DNA of 64,000 nucleotides from positions 44,764 to 108,763 of the forward strand of contig CAVPPH010000010.1 in the NCBI GenBank assembly GCA_963707275.1, given 5' to 3'. Of the stretch, positions 11,571-20,980 are shown piece after piece (the first letter of the stretch is position 1; each line of letters opens with the position of its first letter). Made by a program: the position numbers and the translations under genes. The notes below the pieces were generated by a model. The model saw only the letters and a list, made by a program, of their open reading frames with translations. It was not told where the DNA came from and did no database searches. Origin of the DNA: an uncultured Chloroflexia bacterium. Its GTDB lineage: Bacteria; Chloroflexota; Anaerolineae; JAAEKA01.

Positions 11571-11841
11571 GTTGTTCCATCGTGCAGTGACGTGTCATGC
11601 TGAACGGGTTGAACAGCCAACGAACGTGGATGTCCCACCGCAAGTGAAGCATCTCCATTCACGTGAGGCGCGAGACGCTTCACTGGTGGTTCAGGCAGGT
11701 GTTGGTCGTGCTTCAGACCCGTTCAGCGTGACAGCGGCAGCGGGGTTGCCCTGCAAACTTGTGAGGTCATGTGTATCGTCACAGGTTGATCCGGTAGCGA
11801 CCACACAGCTTTCGCTCTTGTAGCAACAGGAAATCGCAGTC

Positions 11842-12858
11842 ATGGAAGAGTCCTTCAGGCATCTCGTTGCAGCCGGCTATCAGGTACGACCGGCCACATA
11901 TGCTGATGTGCCACAGGTCGTTGCGCTGTTCAATGCCTCTGAGGTTGAACTCACCGGCGCCGGCGACTGCACGGTGAAGCGCTATGAGGACGCATGGCGC
12001 GAGTCAGGCATCGATCTGGAGGCCAGCACACGGCTTGTTGTGACTCGCGACGGGTGCATTGTCGGCTGCGTCGAGCTATGGGATCAGCGCAATCCACCCG
12101 CGCGGCCCTATGTGTGGGGCCGCGTGCATCCGCAGTGGCAAGGGTGCGGTATTGGCAGTGCCATGCTGTCGTGGGCGCTGTCTGCATCGCTGCGAGCGCT
12201 GGATCGACTGCCTGCCGATACCCGCCTTGCTGTTCAAGCTGAAGCGCCGGCTAACCACATGCCCAGCATCGAGCTGTTCGAAAGCACGGGAATGACCGCC
12301 TGCCGCTACTTTTGGCAGATGATCACCGACCTCGACAGGTCCATCCCAGAACCGGAATGGCCGGCGGGCTTGAAAATACGCACGCTGCGTTACCCGGAAG
12401 ATCTTGAAGCGGCTTTCATGGCTGAGGAAGATGCATTTCGCGAGCACTGGGGATACGTCGAGCAGCCTTTCGACGAGGCTTTCGAGCGCTGGAAGAAACA
12501 CCGCTTCGGTGCGGTCAAGCTGAAGCCGGATCTCTGGTTCCTGGCACTGGACGGCGAGCAGATCGTCGGCCAGATCAACTCACAGGAAAGTTACGATCTG
12601 GATGCCCGCATGGGCTGGATTGCCACTGTCAGTGTGAGCAAGGCTTACCGGCGGCGCGGTATCGGCCAGGCGCTGTTGCTGCACACCTTTCGCGAGCTGC
12701 AAGCGCGGGGCGTCCCGCGCGTCGGCTTGGGTGTGGACGCCACCAACAAGACCGGCGCCACCGGGCTGTATCAGCGCGTTGGCATGTCGGTCCAGCATGA
12801 GTACACAAACTACGAACTTGAGTTGCGGCCTGGCCGGGAGCTGGCCGTCGTGGACTGA
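11842..12858 (+). CDS. GNAT family N-acetyltransferase with two tandem GNAT domains
   Basis: Two acetyl-CoA motifs (QGCGIGSAML ; RRRGIGQALL) in 338-aa ORF. Confidence 0.7.
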   Translation: MEESFRHLVAAGYQVRPATYADVPQVVALFNASEVELTGAGDCTVKRYEDAWRESGIDLEASTRLVVTRDGCIVGCVELWDQRNPPARPYVWGRVHPQWQGCGIGSAMLSWALSASLRALDRLPADTRLAVQAEAPANHMPSIELFESTGMTACRYFWQMITDLDRSIPEPEWPAGLKIRTLRYPEDLEAAFMAEEDAFREHWGYVEQPFDEAFERWKKHRFGAVKLKPDLWFLALDGEQIVGQINSQESYDLDARMGWIATVSVSKAYRRRGIGQALLLHTFRELQARGVPRVGLGVDATNKTGATGLYQRVGMSVQHEYTNYELELRPGRELAVVD

Positions 12859-12944
12859 CGACAGGCCAGGGCTTATCATCAGTCGCCAACTTCGGCTGTG
12901 AGCACGACGATCAACGTGTTCGCCCTTCAAGAGGAGATTTCACT

Positions 12945-15266
12945 ATGAAGCGTTCAGCAGTGTTGGTATTGTTCGCCCTCGTCATCGTGGGGAGTATCGG
13001 ACTGTGGAACGGTCATCCGGTCAGCGCCGATGGCCACACGCAGGGTCTCTGGATCTTCTCCGACGAGATCAGTTCATTGTCGGCGCGTGATACGTTGGTC
13101 CAGCGCAGCGCGGCCAGCGGCGTGACCGACCTCTACCTCAGCGTCTATCATTCTCCCGCCAACAGCGACGGACGCCTGATGTACGAAGATGGTGACCTTG
13201 CCGATCTGATCGACAAGGCACATCTCAGCGGCCTGGCTGCGTGGGCGGCGTACGGCGACACCGTTTGGCCGGCCCTCGGATGTGATCCGGGCGCGTGGCC
13301 CTTGCAGCGCATGGCCGAGGTCGTCGCCTACAACACCGCCAATCCCGCTGCGCCTTTCGACGGCGTCATCCTCGATGTGGAGCCGCCGGAGCCGCAAAGT
13401 GCGGCTGATTTCCAAAACCTGCTGGCGCTCTACCAATGCACCCGCGACTTTCTGCCCGGCAACTTGAAGCTGGCGGTTGCGATCCGATTCTACTGGGATA
13501 CACCCGTGGCATATCCGGCCGGCGGACCGGTCAAGCCGGTCCACCAGCACATCGTCGATCTCGATCTCGACCAGATCGTGGTGATGGGCTACCGCGACTT
13601 CGCCGGCACGGCTAACTGCAACGATGGCGACGGTCTGATCTGCCTCGACCAGGACGAGATCGCCTATGCAGACGCGGCCCTCAAGCCTGACCTGATACTG
13701 GTTGGTCTTGAGACATCGAACTGCTCGCCCGGCTGCGGCCCTGAGAAGGTAACCTTCTTCGAGGAAGGGCAGGCGGTGCTAAGCAGCGAGGCGCAGGCTG
13801 TCGCGGACCACTTTGCCGCGGCCCCCAGCTTCGGCGGCTTCGCCATCCACCGCTACAACGCCTCCTATCTGTCTGGTCAGCCCGATTGGCCGGCCGAGAA
13901 CCCCCCGCCGCCACAGGGCGTGGTGGTCAGGCTGCTGGACAGCCAGGGCAACGGTCTGGCCGGCGGCACGGTGCAATACTACGCCGGCGGGTGGCAGGCC
14001 ATTCCGGGCACCACCGACGCCAGCGGGACCCTGGTTACCGATATTCCCGTGTCCAGCGGCAACCTGAGCTTCCGCATGACCTACGCCAACGCGTCGCAGC
14101 AACTGTCTCAGAACGTGACCGGCAACCCCACTGTCACGTTCCAGACGACCCACGTCACTGTCGAACTGCGAGACAGCTTCGGCAACCTGATCCCGGACGA
14201 GGCGGGAACCGGCACGGTGCAGTACTACGCGGGCGGCTGGCGTGACTTCGGTGTGACCGTGGGTGGGCAGACCAGCAAGGAGTTGCTGCCGCTGAGCTAC
14301 AGCTTCAGCATGAGCTACGCCTTTGGCCGCCAGCAACTGAACGGTCAGAATGTCGCTGCCAACCCGACCGTCACGTTCCAGACGACCCACGTCACCGTGG
14401 AACTGCGCGACAGCAGCGGCAATCTGATCCCCGACGGTGCGGGAACCGGCGCCGTGCAATACTACGCGGGCGGCTGGCGTGACTTCGGTGTGACCGCCGG
14501 TGGGCAGGCCAGCAGGGAACTGCTGCCGCTGACCTACAGTTTCGCCATGACCTACGCCTTCGGCCGCCAGCAGTTGAACGGCCAAGACGTCGGTGCTAAT
14601 CCCACCGTCACGTTCCAGACGAAACAGGTCACCGTGGAACTGCGCGACAGCGGCGGCAACCTGATCCCCGACGCGGCTGGAACCGGGACCGTGCAGTACT
14701 ACGCGGGCGGCTGGCGCGACTTCGGTGTGACGACCGGAGGGCAGGCCAGCAGGGAACTGCTGCCGCTGACCTACAGTTTCGCCATGACCTACGCCTTCGG
14801 CCGCCAGCAGTTGAACGGCCAGGATGTCGCCGCCAACCCGACCGTCACCTTCCAGACGACCCGCGTCACCGTGGAACTGCGCGACAGCAGCGGCAACCCG
14901 ATCTCCAACGAGGCAGGAACCGGGATGGTGCAGTACTACGCCGGCGGCTGGCGTGACTTTGGCGTAACCGCCGGTGGACAGGCAAGCAGGGAACTGCTGC
15001 CGCTGACCTACAGTTTCGCCATGACCTACGCCTTCGGCCGCCAGCAGCTGAACGGCCAGGACGTCAACGCGAACCCGACCGTCACGTTCCAGACTGGCCA
15101 CGTTCACTCAGACAGCGGGACAGCAGTCCAGTACTACGCCGGTGGCTGGCGCAGCTTCGTGCAGGACATGCAGCTTCTGCCCGCTTCGTACACGTTTCAC
15201 TTCAACGACGGGAGCCCGAACCAGGCATATCCAGTCGTGGGCGGCATGATGAACGCGATCCATTGA
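12945..15266 (+). CDS. Secreted 773-aa protein: signal peptide, putative TIM-barrel glycoside-hydrolase-like N-domain (FDGVILDVE motif), then ~5 tandem 79-aa repeats
   Basis: Signal MKRSAVLVLFALVIVGS; repeats NPTVTFQTTHVTVELRDSSGNLIPD..GTG.VQYYAGGWRDFGVTAGGQASRELLPLTYSFAMTYAFGRQQLNGQDV. Confidence 0.65.
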   Translation: MKRSAVLVLFALVIVGSIGLWNGHPVSADGHTQGLWIFSDEISSLSARDTLVQRSAASGVTDLYLSVYHSPANSDGRLMYEDGDLADLIDKAHLSGLAAWAAYGDTVWPALGCDPGAWPLQRMAEVVAYNTANPAAPFDGVILDVEPPEPQSAADFQNLLALYQCTRDFLPGNLKLAVAIRFYWDTPVAYPAGGPVKPVHQHIVDLDLDQIVVMGYRDFAGTANCNDGDGLICLDQDEIAYADAALKPDLILVGLETSNCSPGCGPEKVTFFEEGQAVLSSEAQAVADHFAAAPSFGGFAIHRYNASYLSGQPDWPAENPPPPQGVVVRLLDSQGNGLAGGTVQYYAGGWQAIPGTTDASGTLVTDIPVSSGNLSFRMTYANASQQLSQNVTGNPTVTFQTTHVTVELRDSFGNLIPDEAGTGTVQYYAGGWRDFGVTVGGQTSKELLPLSYSFSMSYAFGRQQLNGQNVAANPTVTFQTTHVTVELRDSSGNLIPDGAGTGAVQYYAGGWRDFGVTAGGQASRELLPLTYSFAMTYAFGRQQLNGQDVGANPTVTFQTKQVTVELRDSGGNLIPDAAGTGTVQYYAGGWRDFGVTTGGQASRELLPLTYSFAMTYAFGRQQLNGQDVAANPTVTFQTTRVTVELRDSSGNPISNEAGTGMVQYYAGGWRDFGVTAGGQASRELLPLTYSFAMTYAFGRQQLNGQDVNANPTVTFQTGHVHSDSGTAVQYYAGGWRSFVQDMQLLPASYTFHFNDGSPNQAYPVVGGMMNAIH
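14113..15110 (+). repeat. Near-identical 237-bp tandem DNA repeats (x ~4.3) inside CDS 12945-15266
   Basis: Period 237 bp at 14113/14359/14596/14833/15070; copies 2-4 differ by only a few nt. Confidence 0.85.
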
Positions 15267-15380
15267 CAGCAGACGCGAAACGCTTCACTGGCGGTTGGCC
15301 CAGGCCTGGTTGGGTGCTCGATCCGCTCAAGGTGACAACCATTCGGATACTTACGCCCACATGTACTAGGACCGCGTTCT

Positions 15381-16169
15381 ATGCCCGACTTTCGACATTG
15401 GCTACTGACCGCAGATTTGCACGTTGCAACGCTAACACTAAATCGGCCCGAGTCGAAGAACAGCCTGACGCCTGAGGTTTTGAGCGAGTTGCGCGCGATC
15501 ACAGCCGAGCTGGGCGCCAATGTCGAGGTCTGGGCTGTCGTCCTGCAAGGGAACGGAGACCACTTCTCAGTGGGCGTGGATACCGATCTCATTCGCAGCA
15601 TGCTCGATCAGCCGGCCCAGATCGTGCGCGAACAGCTTCGGGAGATGCAAGTAGCGCTGGATGAATTCGAAGCCATCCCCAAGCCCGTACTCGCCAGGCT
15701 GCATGGGTTTTGTATCGGCGGCGGTCTCCTGCTGGCATTGTGTTGCGATTTTCGCATCGCCAGCCAGCGTACCATCTTCGCCCTGCCCGAGGTCAAGCTG
15801 GGCATCCCAATTCTGATGGGCACGCACCGCATCACGCGGGTCACAGGAATTGCTACAGCAAAGGAACTGGTTTTGTTCGGCGAGCGTTTCAACGCCGCAA
15901 CGGCGCATAGATTGGGGCTGTTGCATCGCGTCGTGGCGCCCGATCAACTTGATTCCACCGTGATGACGCTGGCGGACCGCTTTCGCAGACTGCCACCGCG
16001 GACAATCAGTGTCACGAAACGCATCTTCACCGAAGGCTACGGCCTACCTCTGCGCGATAGTCAGGATCTGGAGCTTGAGGCGCTGGCGGAACTGCTTGAC
16101 AGCCACGATCCGCGCGAGGCAATCGAGAGCTTCTTGGTTGGACGTGACCCACATTACACGGGGACATAG
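15381..16169 (+). CDS. Enoyl-CoA hydratase/isomerase (crotonase) family protein
   Basis: LNRPESKNSL...FCIGGGLLLALCCDFRIA...ALPEVKLGI crotonase-fold motifs. Confidence 0.8.
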   Translation: MPDFRHWLLTADLHVATLTLNRPESKNSLTPEVLSELRAITAELGANVEVWAVVLQGNGDHFSVGVDTDLIRSMLDQPAQIVREQLREMQVALDEFEAIPKPVLARLHGFCIGGGLLLALCCDFRIASQRTIFALPEVKLGIPILMGTHRITRVTGIATAKELVLFGERFNAATAHRLGLLHRVVAPDQLDSTVMTLADRFRRLPPRTISVTKRIFTEGYGLPLRDSQDLELEALAELLDSHDPREAIESFLVGRDPHYTGT

Positions 16170-16179
16170 TCTGCAAGAA

Positions 16180-18789
16180 CTAACCAAGTTGCAACGCCTG
16201 CAGGATCGAGACTGCCTCCTCAACCACCTGCTCGAATGGGTGTCGCTGACCTTGCGCCCACGCAGCGTCGAAACTCGCTGTGTTGAGGTGAACTCTTGCA
16301 GTCTCGAAGAGTCGATTGAAGTCGGTACGATAGATCGGCCACATGCGATAGTTCTCGTTGTCTGCGGCATCGGTTGCGCCAAGTAGCACGACAGCCAACT
16401 CGTGCTGGCCAAACGCCAGCGCCAGACCGGCCAGGCCAAGGCTCCAGGAACTCCATTCATCTCGGTCGACTGGGATTCCTGGCAGACTGGCGCGGTACCA
16501 GTGGATGGCGCTAGCGTAGTCGCCTTCTTCCTGGACCAACGTTGCCAGGTACAGGTAACAGCCGCACAGGTTGGGATCCTGGTCGTTGTCGTATCTCTTT
16601 ACGAGTTGTAGCCACTGGTTCATGAATATGTGGGCAGTATCGAAATCCTTCTGACGAATCGCCGTGAGAGAAAGGCCGATAAGGGTTTCCTGGCTAATGT
16701 CGTTTTTCCCGGTTTGACGCTCTACTTTCATACTTTGCTCAAAGCGCGATCTCGCAAGTGCCAAATCGCCATTCGCGTAAGCTATCTCGCCCAGCCTGTT
16801 CAAAGGTAACGAAAACCCCAGACCTTCCCGTTGAGAGATGGCAAGGCTTTCCTCGCCTAACTCTTGAGCTCGAAGGAAGTCACCTCTCAACAGAGAGACT
16901 TTTGTGAGATACATGAGGGCCATTGACATGCCCCCAGGGGAGCGAAGTTCTGTGTAACAGTCGAGCGCCTTTTCCAGGTACTGGATGGCAGCGGCCGAGT
17001 CTTGCAACCACCACAATGACATTCGTCCCAGGAGGATCAATGCGTCGGCTTCCCCTTTGAGATAACCCAGCTTCGTGCTGATGGTCAGGCTCTCCTCGAC
17101 CATTGTCTTTGCACGAGTGGTCTCTCCGCTGTACAACAGAACAATGCCAGCTTCATACAGGACCCTTGCTCGCGGAATGGTTGGATTTGAGGCCCCGGGA
17201 AGTGCAAGTACCTCGTCGATCAAACGGATTGCTTCCACGTAGGGACCTCTCTGATAAAACCAGAACGCCAGATACGCAGTCAACAGTAAGGATATCTGTT
17301 CGTCGTGCTGCACGGACCAGGCAAGAGCAGAGCGCAAATTGTAGAGTTCATCATCGATCAAACGGTTTTGTAGCGTTCGTCTGGGGTTGCCATCCGCTGC
17401 ATTGCCATTCTCCATGATCGTCAGGAAGCAGCCAGCATGCCGCGCCCGCATGATCTCCATTTCGCCGCTGGCAGCTAATCTGTCGAGGCCGAACTCGCGC
17501 ACCGTCTCAAGCATGGCGTAGCGCGTTTCACCGTATAGCCCGGTCTCACGCTGCACGAGGTTCCTTTCCAGAAGCACTGCGACGCCGTCCAGGACGGCTG
17601 CCGCCTGCTCTTCAGCGTTGCCATCTTCCCAGCACACCATCTCAGCCGCCTGCAGTGTGAAGCCGCCTGCGAATACCGACAGACGCCGGAACAGCGTCTG
17701 CTCGGCTGGCGGGAGCAGGTCGTAGCTCCAGCCGATGGCGCCGCGCAGGGTCTTCTGGCGGGCGGACACATCGCGCAGGCCGTCGGTGGAGAGCAGCCAC
17801 GGGCCGTGCAGGCGTGCCAACAATTCGTTGGGTGGAAGGACCTTGACCCGCGCCGCGACCAGTTCGATGGCCAGCGGCAGGCCGTCCAGCCGGCGGCACA
17901 GTTCGGCCACAGCGGCAGCGTTGCCGTCGTCGACAGCGAAGTCGGGCAGCACCGCTTCGGCGCGTTCGGCAAAGAGTTCTACCGACGGATAGCGCAGCAT
18001 GTCGGCGGCTTTGACCGCGCTCGCTCCGGTCATCTCGGCCGGCAACGCTAACGGCAGCACGTGGATCTGGCGCTCGCCGCGCACCCGCAGCGGCTGGCGG
18101 CTGGTGACCAGGACGTGCAGCCATGGACAGCGGCGCAGCAAGTCGTCCACCAGCGGCGCGGCGGCCACGATCTGCTCGAAGTTATCCAGCACCAGGAGCA
18201 GGTGTTTCTCCTCAAGATACGCGCGCAGTTGTAGCTCCGGTGGGTTGGGACCGCTCATTTGCAAGCCCAGCGCCTGGGCGATGGCCGCCGCCACCTGATG
18301 GGGGTCGATGACCGGCGCCAGGCGGACGAAGAAGGCGCCGTCGTCGAACTGTTCCAGCACGTCCTCGGCCACGGCCAGGGAGAGCCGCGTCTTGCCGACG
18401 CCGGGCGGACCAACCAGCGTAACCAGCCGAGCGCCGTCGTCGACCAGCCGTTTACGCACAGCGGTGATGTCGCGCTCGCGGCCGATGAGTGGTGTGAGCT
18501 GGGCGGGGAGGTTGTTAGGATGCTGGGGACGCAGCAGGCGCGCCTTGACCGTGAAGTCGTCTTCGAGACCGCGCGCCAGGGAAACCAGGCCCGGCAGGTC
18601 GGCGTCGTCCACGCCGAGAGCTGTGGCAAGAGACGCAACCAGCGGCGCGGACGGCTGCAGGTTGCCGGCCTCGATCTTGCGCAGCGTCACCTCGGCGCAG
18701 CCCGCCTGCTGTGCCAACACCTTCTGTGTCAGCCCAAGCGCCTTGCGCCGTTGCTTGAGCCACTGACCGAAGTTACCTGTCTGTTGCAT
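16180..18789 (-). CDS. STAND-type regulator copy 3, intact: HTH_XRE N-domain + NB-ARC ATPase + C-terminal TPR
   Basis: 869-aa uninterrupted ORF; GHWLKQRRKALGLTQ HTH; Walker A GPPGVGKT; hhhhD Walker B LLVLDNFEQ; multiple TPR-like repeats. Confidence 0.85.
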   Translation of the reverse strand: MQQTGNFGQWLKQRRKALGLTQKVLAQQAGCAEVTLRKIEAGNLQPSAPLVASLATALGVDDADLPGLVSLARGLEDDFTVKARLLRPQHPNNLPAQLTPLIGRERDITAVRKRLVDDGARLVTLVGPPGVGKTRLSLAVAEDVLEQFDDGAFFVRLAPVIDPHQVAAAIAQALGLQMSGPNPPELQLRAYLEEKHLLLVLDNFEQIVAAAPLVDDLLRRCPWLHVLVTSRQPLRVRGERQIHVLPLALPAEMTGASAVKAADMLRYPSVELFAERAEAVLPDFAVDDGNAAAVAELCRRLDGLPLAIELVAARVKVLPPNELLARLHGPWLLSTDGLRDVSARQKTLRGAIGWSYDLLPPAEQTLFRRLSVFAGGFTLQAAEMVCWEDGNAEEQAAAVLDGVAVLLERNLVQRETGLYGETRYAMLETVREFGLDRLAASGEMEIMRARHAGCFLTIMENGNAADGNPRRTLQNRLIDDELYNLRSALAWSVQHDEQISLLLTAYLAFWFYQRGPYVEAIRLIDEVLALPGASNPTIPRARVLYEAGIVLLYSGETTRAKTMVEESLTISTKLGYLKGEADALILLGRMSLWWLQDSAAAIQYLEKALDCYTELRSPGGMSMALMYLTKVSLLRGDFLRAQELGEESLAISQREGLGFSLPLNRLGEIAYANGDLALARSRFEQSMKVERQTGKNDISQETLIGLSLTAIRQKDFDTAHIFMNQWLQLVKRYDNDQDPNLCGCYLYLATLVQEEGDYASAIHWYRASLPGIPVDRDEWSSWSLGLAGLALAFGQHELAVVLLGATDAADNENYRMWPIYRTDFNRLFETARVHLNTASFDAAWAQGQRHPFEQVVEEAVSILQALQLG

Positions 18790-18984
18790 TTTCTCAAGCT
18801 ACAGCCTTCTCAGCATCAGTTTGCCAGAAAAGTGTGACGGGTTTCACACTTTTTTTGTGAACTACTTCATAGCGAGAATTGCACAATCCTGTTATGATAC
18901 AACCATATCCCAAAAGCCGCTTCAAGTTTCGGGGTTAACCCGTTATCCGCCTGGTTGAGTAGGGACTGCGAGTCGCCGCAAGGG

Positions 18985-19080
18985 TCGCGCATATTGTATC
19001 ACATTGCTATCGGTTTTGGTATCGCAATTTGGTTCTTAACTGCGCACAAATCCTGTTTAATAACAGGTGTTCGGACAAAG
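18985..19080. promoter_or_regulatory. Conserved divergent-promoter block D (ATTGTATCACATTGCTATCGGTTTTGGTATCGCAATT...GCACAAATCC...TTTAATAACAGG)
   Basis: Homologous to 8695-8760; sits between regulator 3 start (18789) and secreted gene 19132. Confidence 0.55.
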
Positions 19081-19131
19081 TGCTGGGGCTCCCAAAGGCC
19101 ACCCATTTGTGATCATTTTGAGGAGGATACC

Positions 19132-19521
19132 ATGAACAAGTTTCTGTCGGTCGTGTTGGCTGCCATGTTGTTGGCCGTCGCGTTCCTGCCGGCGTCGGCC
19201 GCCCCGCCGGAGCCTGTCGATTATCGGATCACGCGAGCCGGTTCGTGTTGGCTGCCTGACGGATCAACCAGGCCGCTCTTGGTCGAGAGCGTGAAGCAGA
19301 ACTTCCACTGGGCAACGCCGATCCGGTTGGTCGCCTTTTGCGCAGGCTACGCGCCAAAAGGCGCCGAGTTGCCAAAGGAGACCTTGGTGCTAGACTACGG
19401 TTCCACCGGACGCCTGTGTAGGATCACTCTCGGTCGGGGCACTTACGTTACAGAGGACTACACTGCAACCGTCTCGCCCAACGGTAGCACCGCCATCACG
19501 TGCATAGTCGATATCGACTGA
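19132..19521 (+). CDS. Small secreted Cys-containing hypothetical protein (AAPPEP family)
   Basis: RBS GAGGAGGA; signal MNKFLSVVLAAMLLAVAFLPASAAPPEP; 4 Cys; N-terminus similar to ORF at 199. Confidence 0.6.
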   Translation: MNKFLSVVLAAMLLAVAFLPASAAPPEPVDYRITRAGSCWLPDGSTRPLLVESVKQNFHWATPIRLVAFCAGYAPKGAELPKETLVLDYGSTGRLCRITLGRGTYVTEDYTATVSPNGSTAITCIVDID

Positions 19522-19742
19522 GGAGCGTAGACGACTCTCTGCGAAAACCGGCGAGCATTCGCTACTTCTGCCGAGACGACGCGTTTCGAATCACCGCTGC
19601 TGACTTGCTGCTTCTCTCGTCCTTGCCGTTTTCCCTAGCAGGGGGCAGGGGGACCGGCGAGGCGCTGAGAGCAGGAAAAACGAGACGAGGAGCCGCCCAA
19701 AGCGGGCGGCTCCTCCCACAAACTACCTGGAGGAACCGTATC

Positions 19743-20123
19743 ATGTCTAACTTGCTTCTGATCTTGATGATGATGGTCACGCTGGTTGCACCCCTTGCCG
19801 GGCCGCGCAATCGGCCGCCGATTGCCAACGACGACATAGTCGTCCTGTTGTATCACCCTGTTCCAGTCGTCGACATTTTTGTCCTGGAAAACGATGTCGA
19901 TCCGGACATGGATCCCCTCTACGTCACAGCGCTGTCGGTCATCGACGGCGGCAAGGCCGAGATTGTCAAAGGCAAGGTCGTCCAGGTGTACATCGACTGG
20001 CCGCAAGACGGCTTTGGAGATCCGCAAGGCCTGATGGCTTACGGGTCATACATCGTCACCGACGGCGCTGCGCAAAGCAAGGCCAACTGGAGCGTCTGGT
20101 ACTGGCCGGAGATTCAGCCTTAG
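19743..20123 (+). CDS. Small secreted single cadherin-like domain protein, paralog P2
   Basis: RBS GGAGGA; signal; PPIANDD...VLENDVDPDMDPLYVTA...YIDW...YGSYIVTDGA...WSVWYWP. Confidence 0.7.
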   Translation: MSNLLLILMMMVTLVAPLAGPRNRPPIANDDIVVLLYHPVPVVDIFVLENDVDPDMDPLYVTALSVIDGGKAEIVKGKVVQVYIDWPQDGFGDPQGLMAYGSYIVTDGAAQSKANWSVWYWPEIQP

Positions 20124-20156
20124 CGGCTGAGAGTCTGGCTCACGGAGGAACGTGCG

Positions 20157-20534
20157 ATGATCACCTTTCTGCTCGCGATACCATTGGTGCTGATGTCTAT
20201 GCTGTCAAGCGGCGTGCCGCACAATCACCCACCCGTGGCGGTCGCAGACCAGTACTTCCTGCTGTTCTACCCGTTGCCGGTTGTCGACATACCGGTGCTG
20301 GAGAACGACACTGATCCCGACGGGGACGTTCTGCACGTGACTGCGTTGCTCGCGACCGAGGGCGGAACGGCCCAGATACTTGATGACGGGAGCGTGCGGG
20401 TAGTCCTTGACTGGTCTCGCGAGGTTTACGAACCGGAAGGTCTGGTTGCGTACGGCACCTACGTCGTCAGCGACGGCGCGGCAGGCAGCACGGCTGTCTG
20501 GTCGGTCTGGTATTGGCCGGTCATGCTGCCATAA
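20157..20534 (+). CDS. Small secreted single cadherin-like domain protein, paralog P3
   Basis: PPVAVADQ...VLENDTDPDGDVLHVTA...VLDW...YGTYVVSDGA...WSVWYWP. Confidence 0.7.
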   Translation: MITFLLAIPLVLMSMLSSGVPHNHPPVAVADQYFLLFYPLPVVDIPVLENDTDPDGDVLHVTALLATEGGTAQILDDGSVRVVLDWSREVYEPEGLVAYGTYVVSDGAAGSTAVWSVWYWPVMLP

Positions 20535-20566
20535 ACCATTGAAGTCGCCTGAAGGAGGAAGTAGCG

Positions 20567-20953
20567 ATGTCTACTATTCTGTCCGTACTCTTGCTGGCGT
20601 GGACCTGCATCTTGTCCGTGCCTGGGCCGCGCAACCTGCCGCCGGTGGCGGTGAACGACGAGGTCATGGTCACCGGCTACACCGACTATCTTGAGATACC
20701 GGTATTCGCCAACGACTACGACCCCGAAGGCCGGCCGATTGACGTGGTTGCCCTGGGAATGGTGGATCGCGGCAAGGCCGAGCTGTTGGAGGGCGATGCG
20801 GTCGGCGTCTACCCCGACTATCCGACGGAGGTCGACTCGACGGGATCCAAGCCAGTGCTCATCGCCCACGGCGCGTACATCATCAGCGACGGTCAACTGA
20901 CGAGCACCGGGCACTGGATCGTCTGGTATCAACCGGCATCGTCTGCTCCGTGA
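20567..20953 (+). CDS. Small secreted single cadherin-like domain protein, paralog P4
   Basis: PPVAVNDE...VFANDYDPEGRPIDVVA...YPDY...HGAYIISDGQ...WIVWYQP. Confidence 0.7.
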   Translation: MSTILSVLLLAWTCILSVPGPRNLPPVAVNDEVMVTGYTDYLEIPVFANDYDPEGRPIDVVALGMVDRGKAELLEGDAVGVYPDYPTEVDSTGSKPVLIAHGAYIISDGQLTSTGHWIVWYQPASSAP

Positions 20954-20980
20954 CCTGAAAGCACAATAACCTTCTTGACC

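Noticed and set aside
11842-12858. Mycothiol synthase (MshD) assignment for the tandem GNAT
   Set aside because: Only the two-GNAT architecture matches. No evidence of the mycothiol pathway here and the organism is not obviously actinobacterial.
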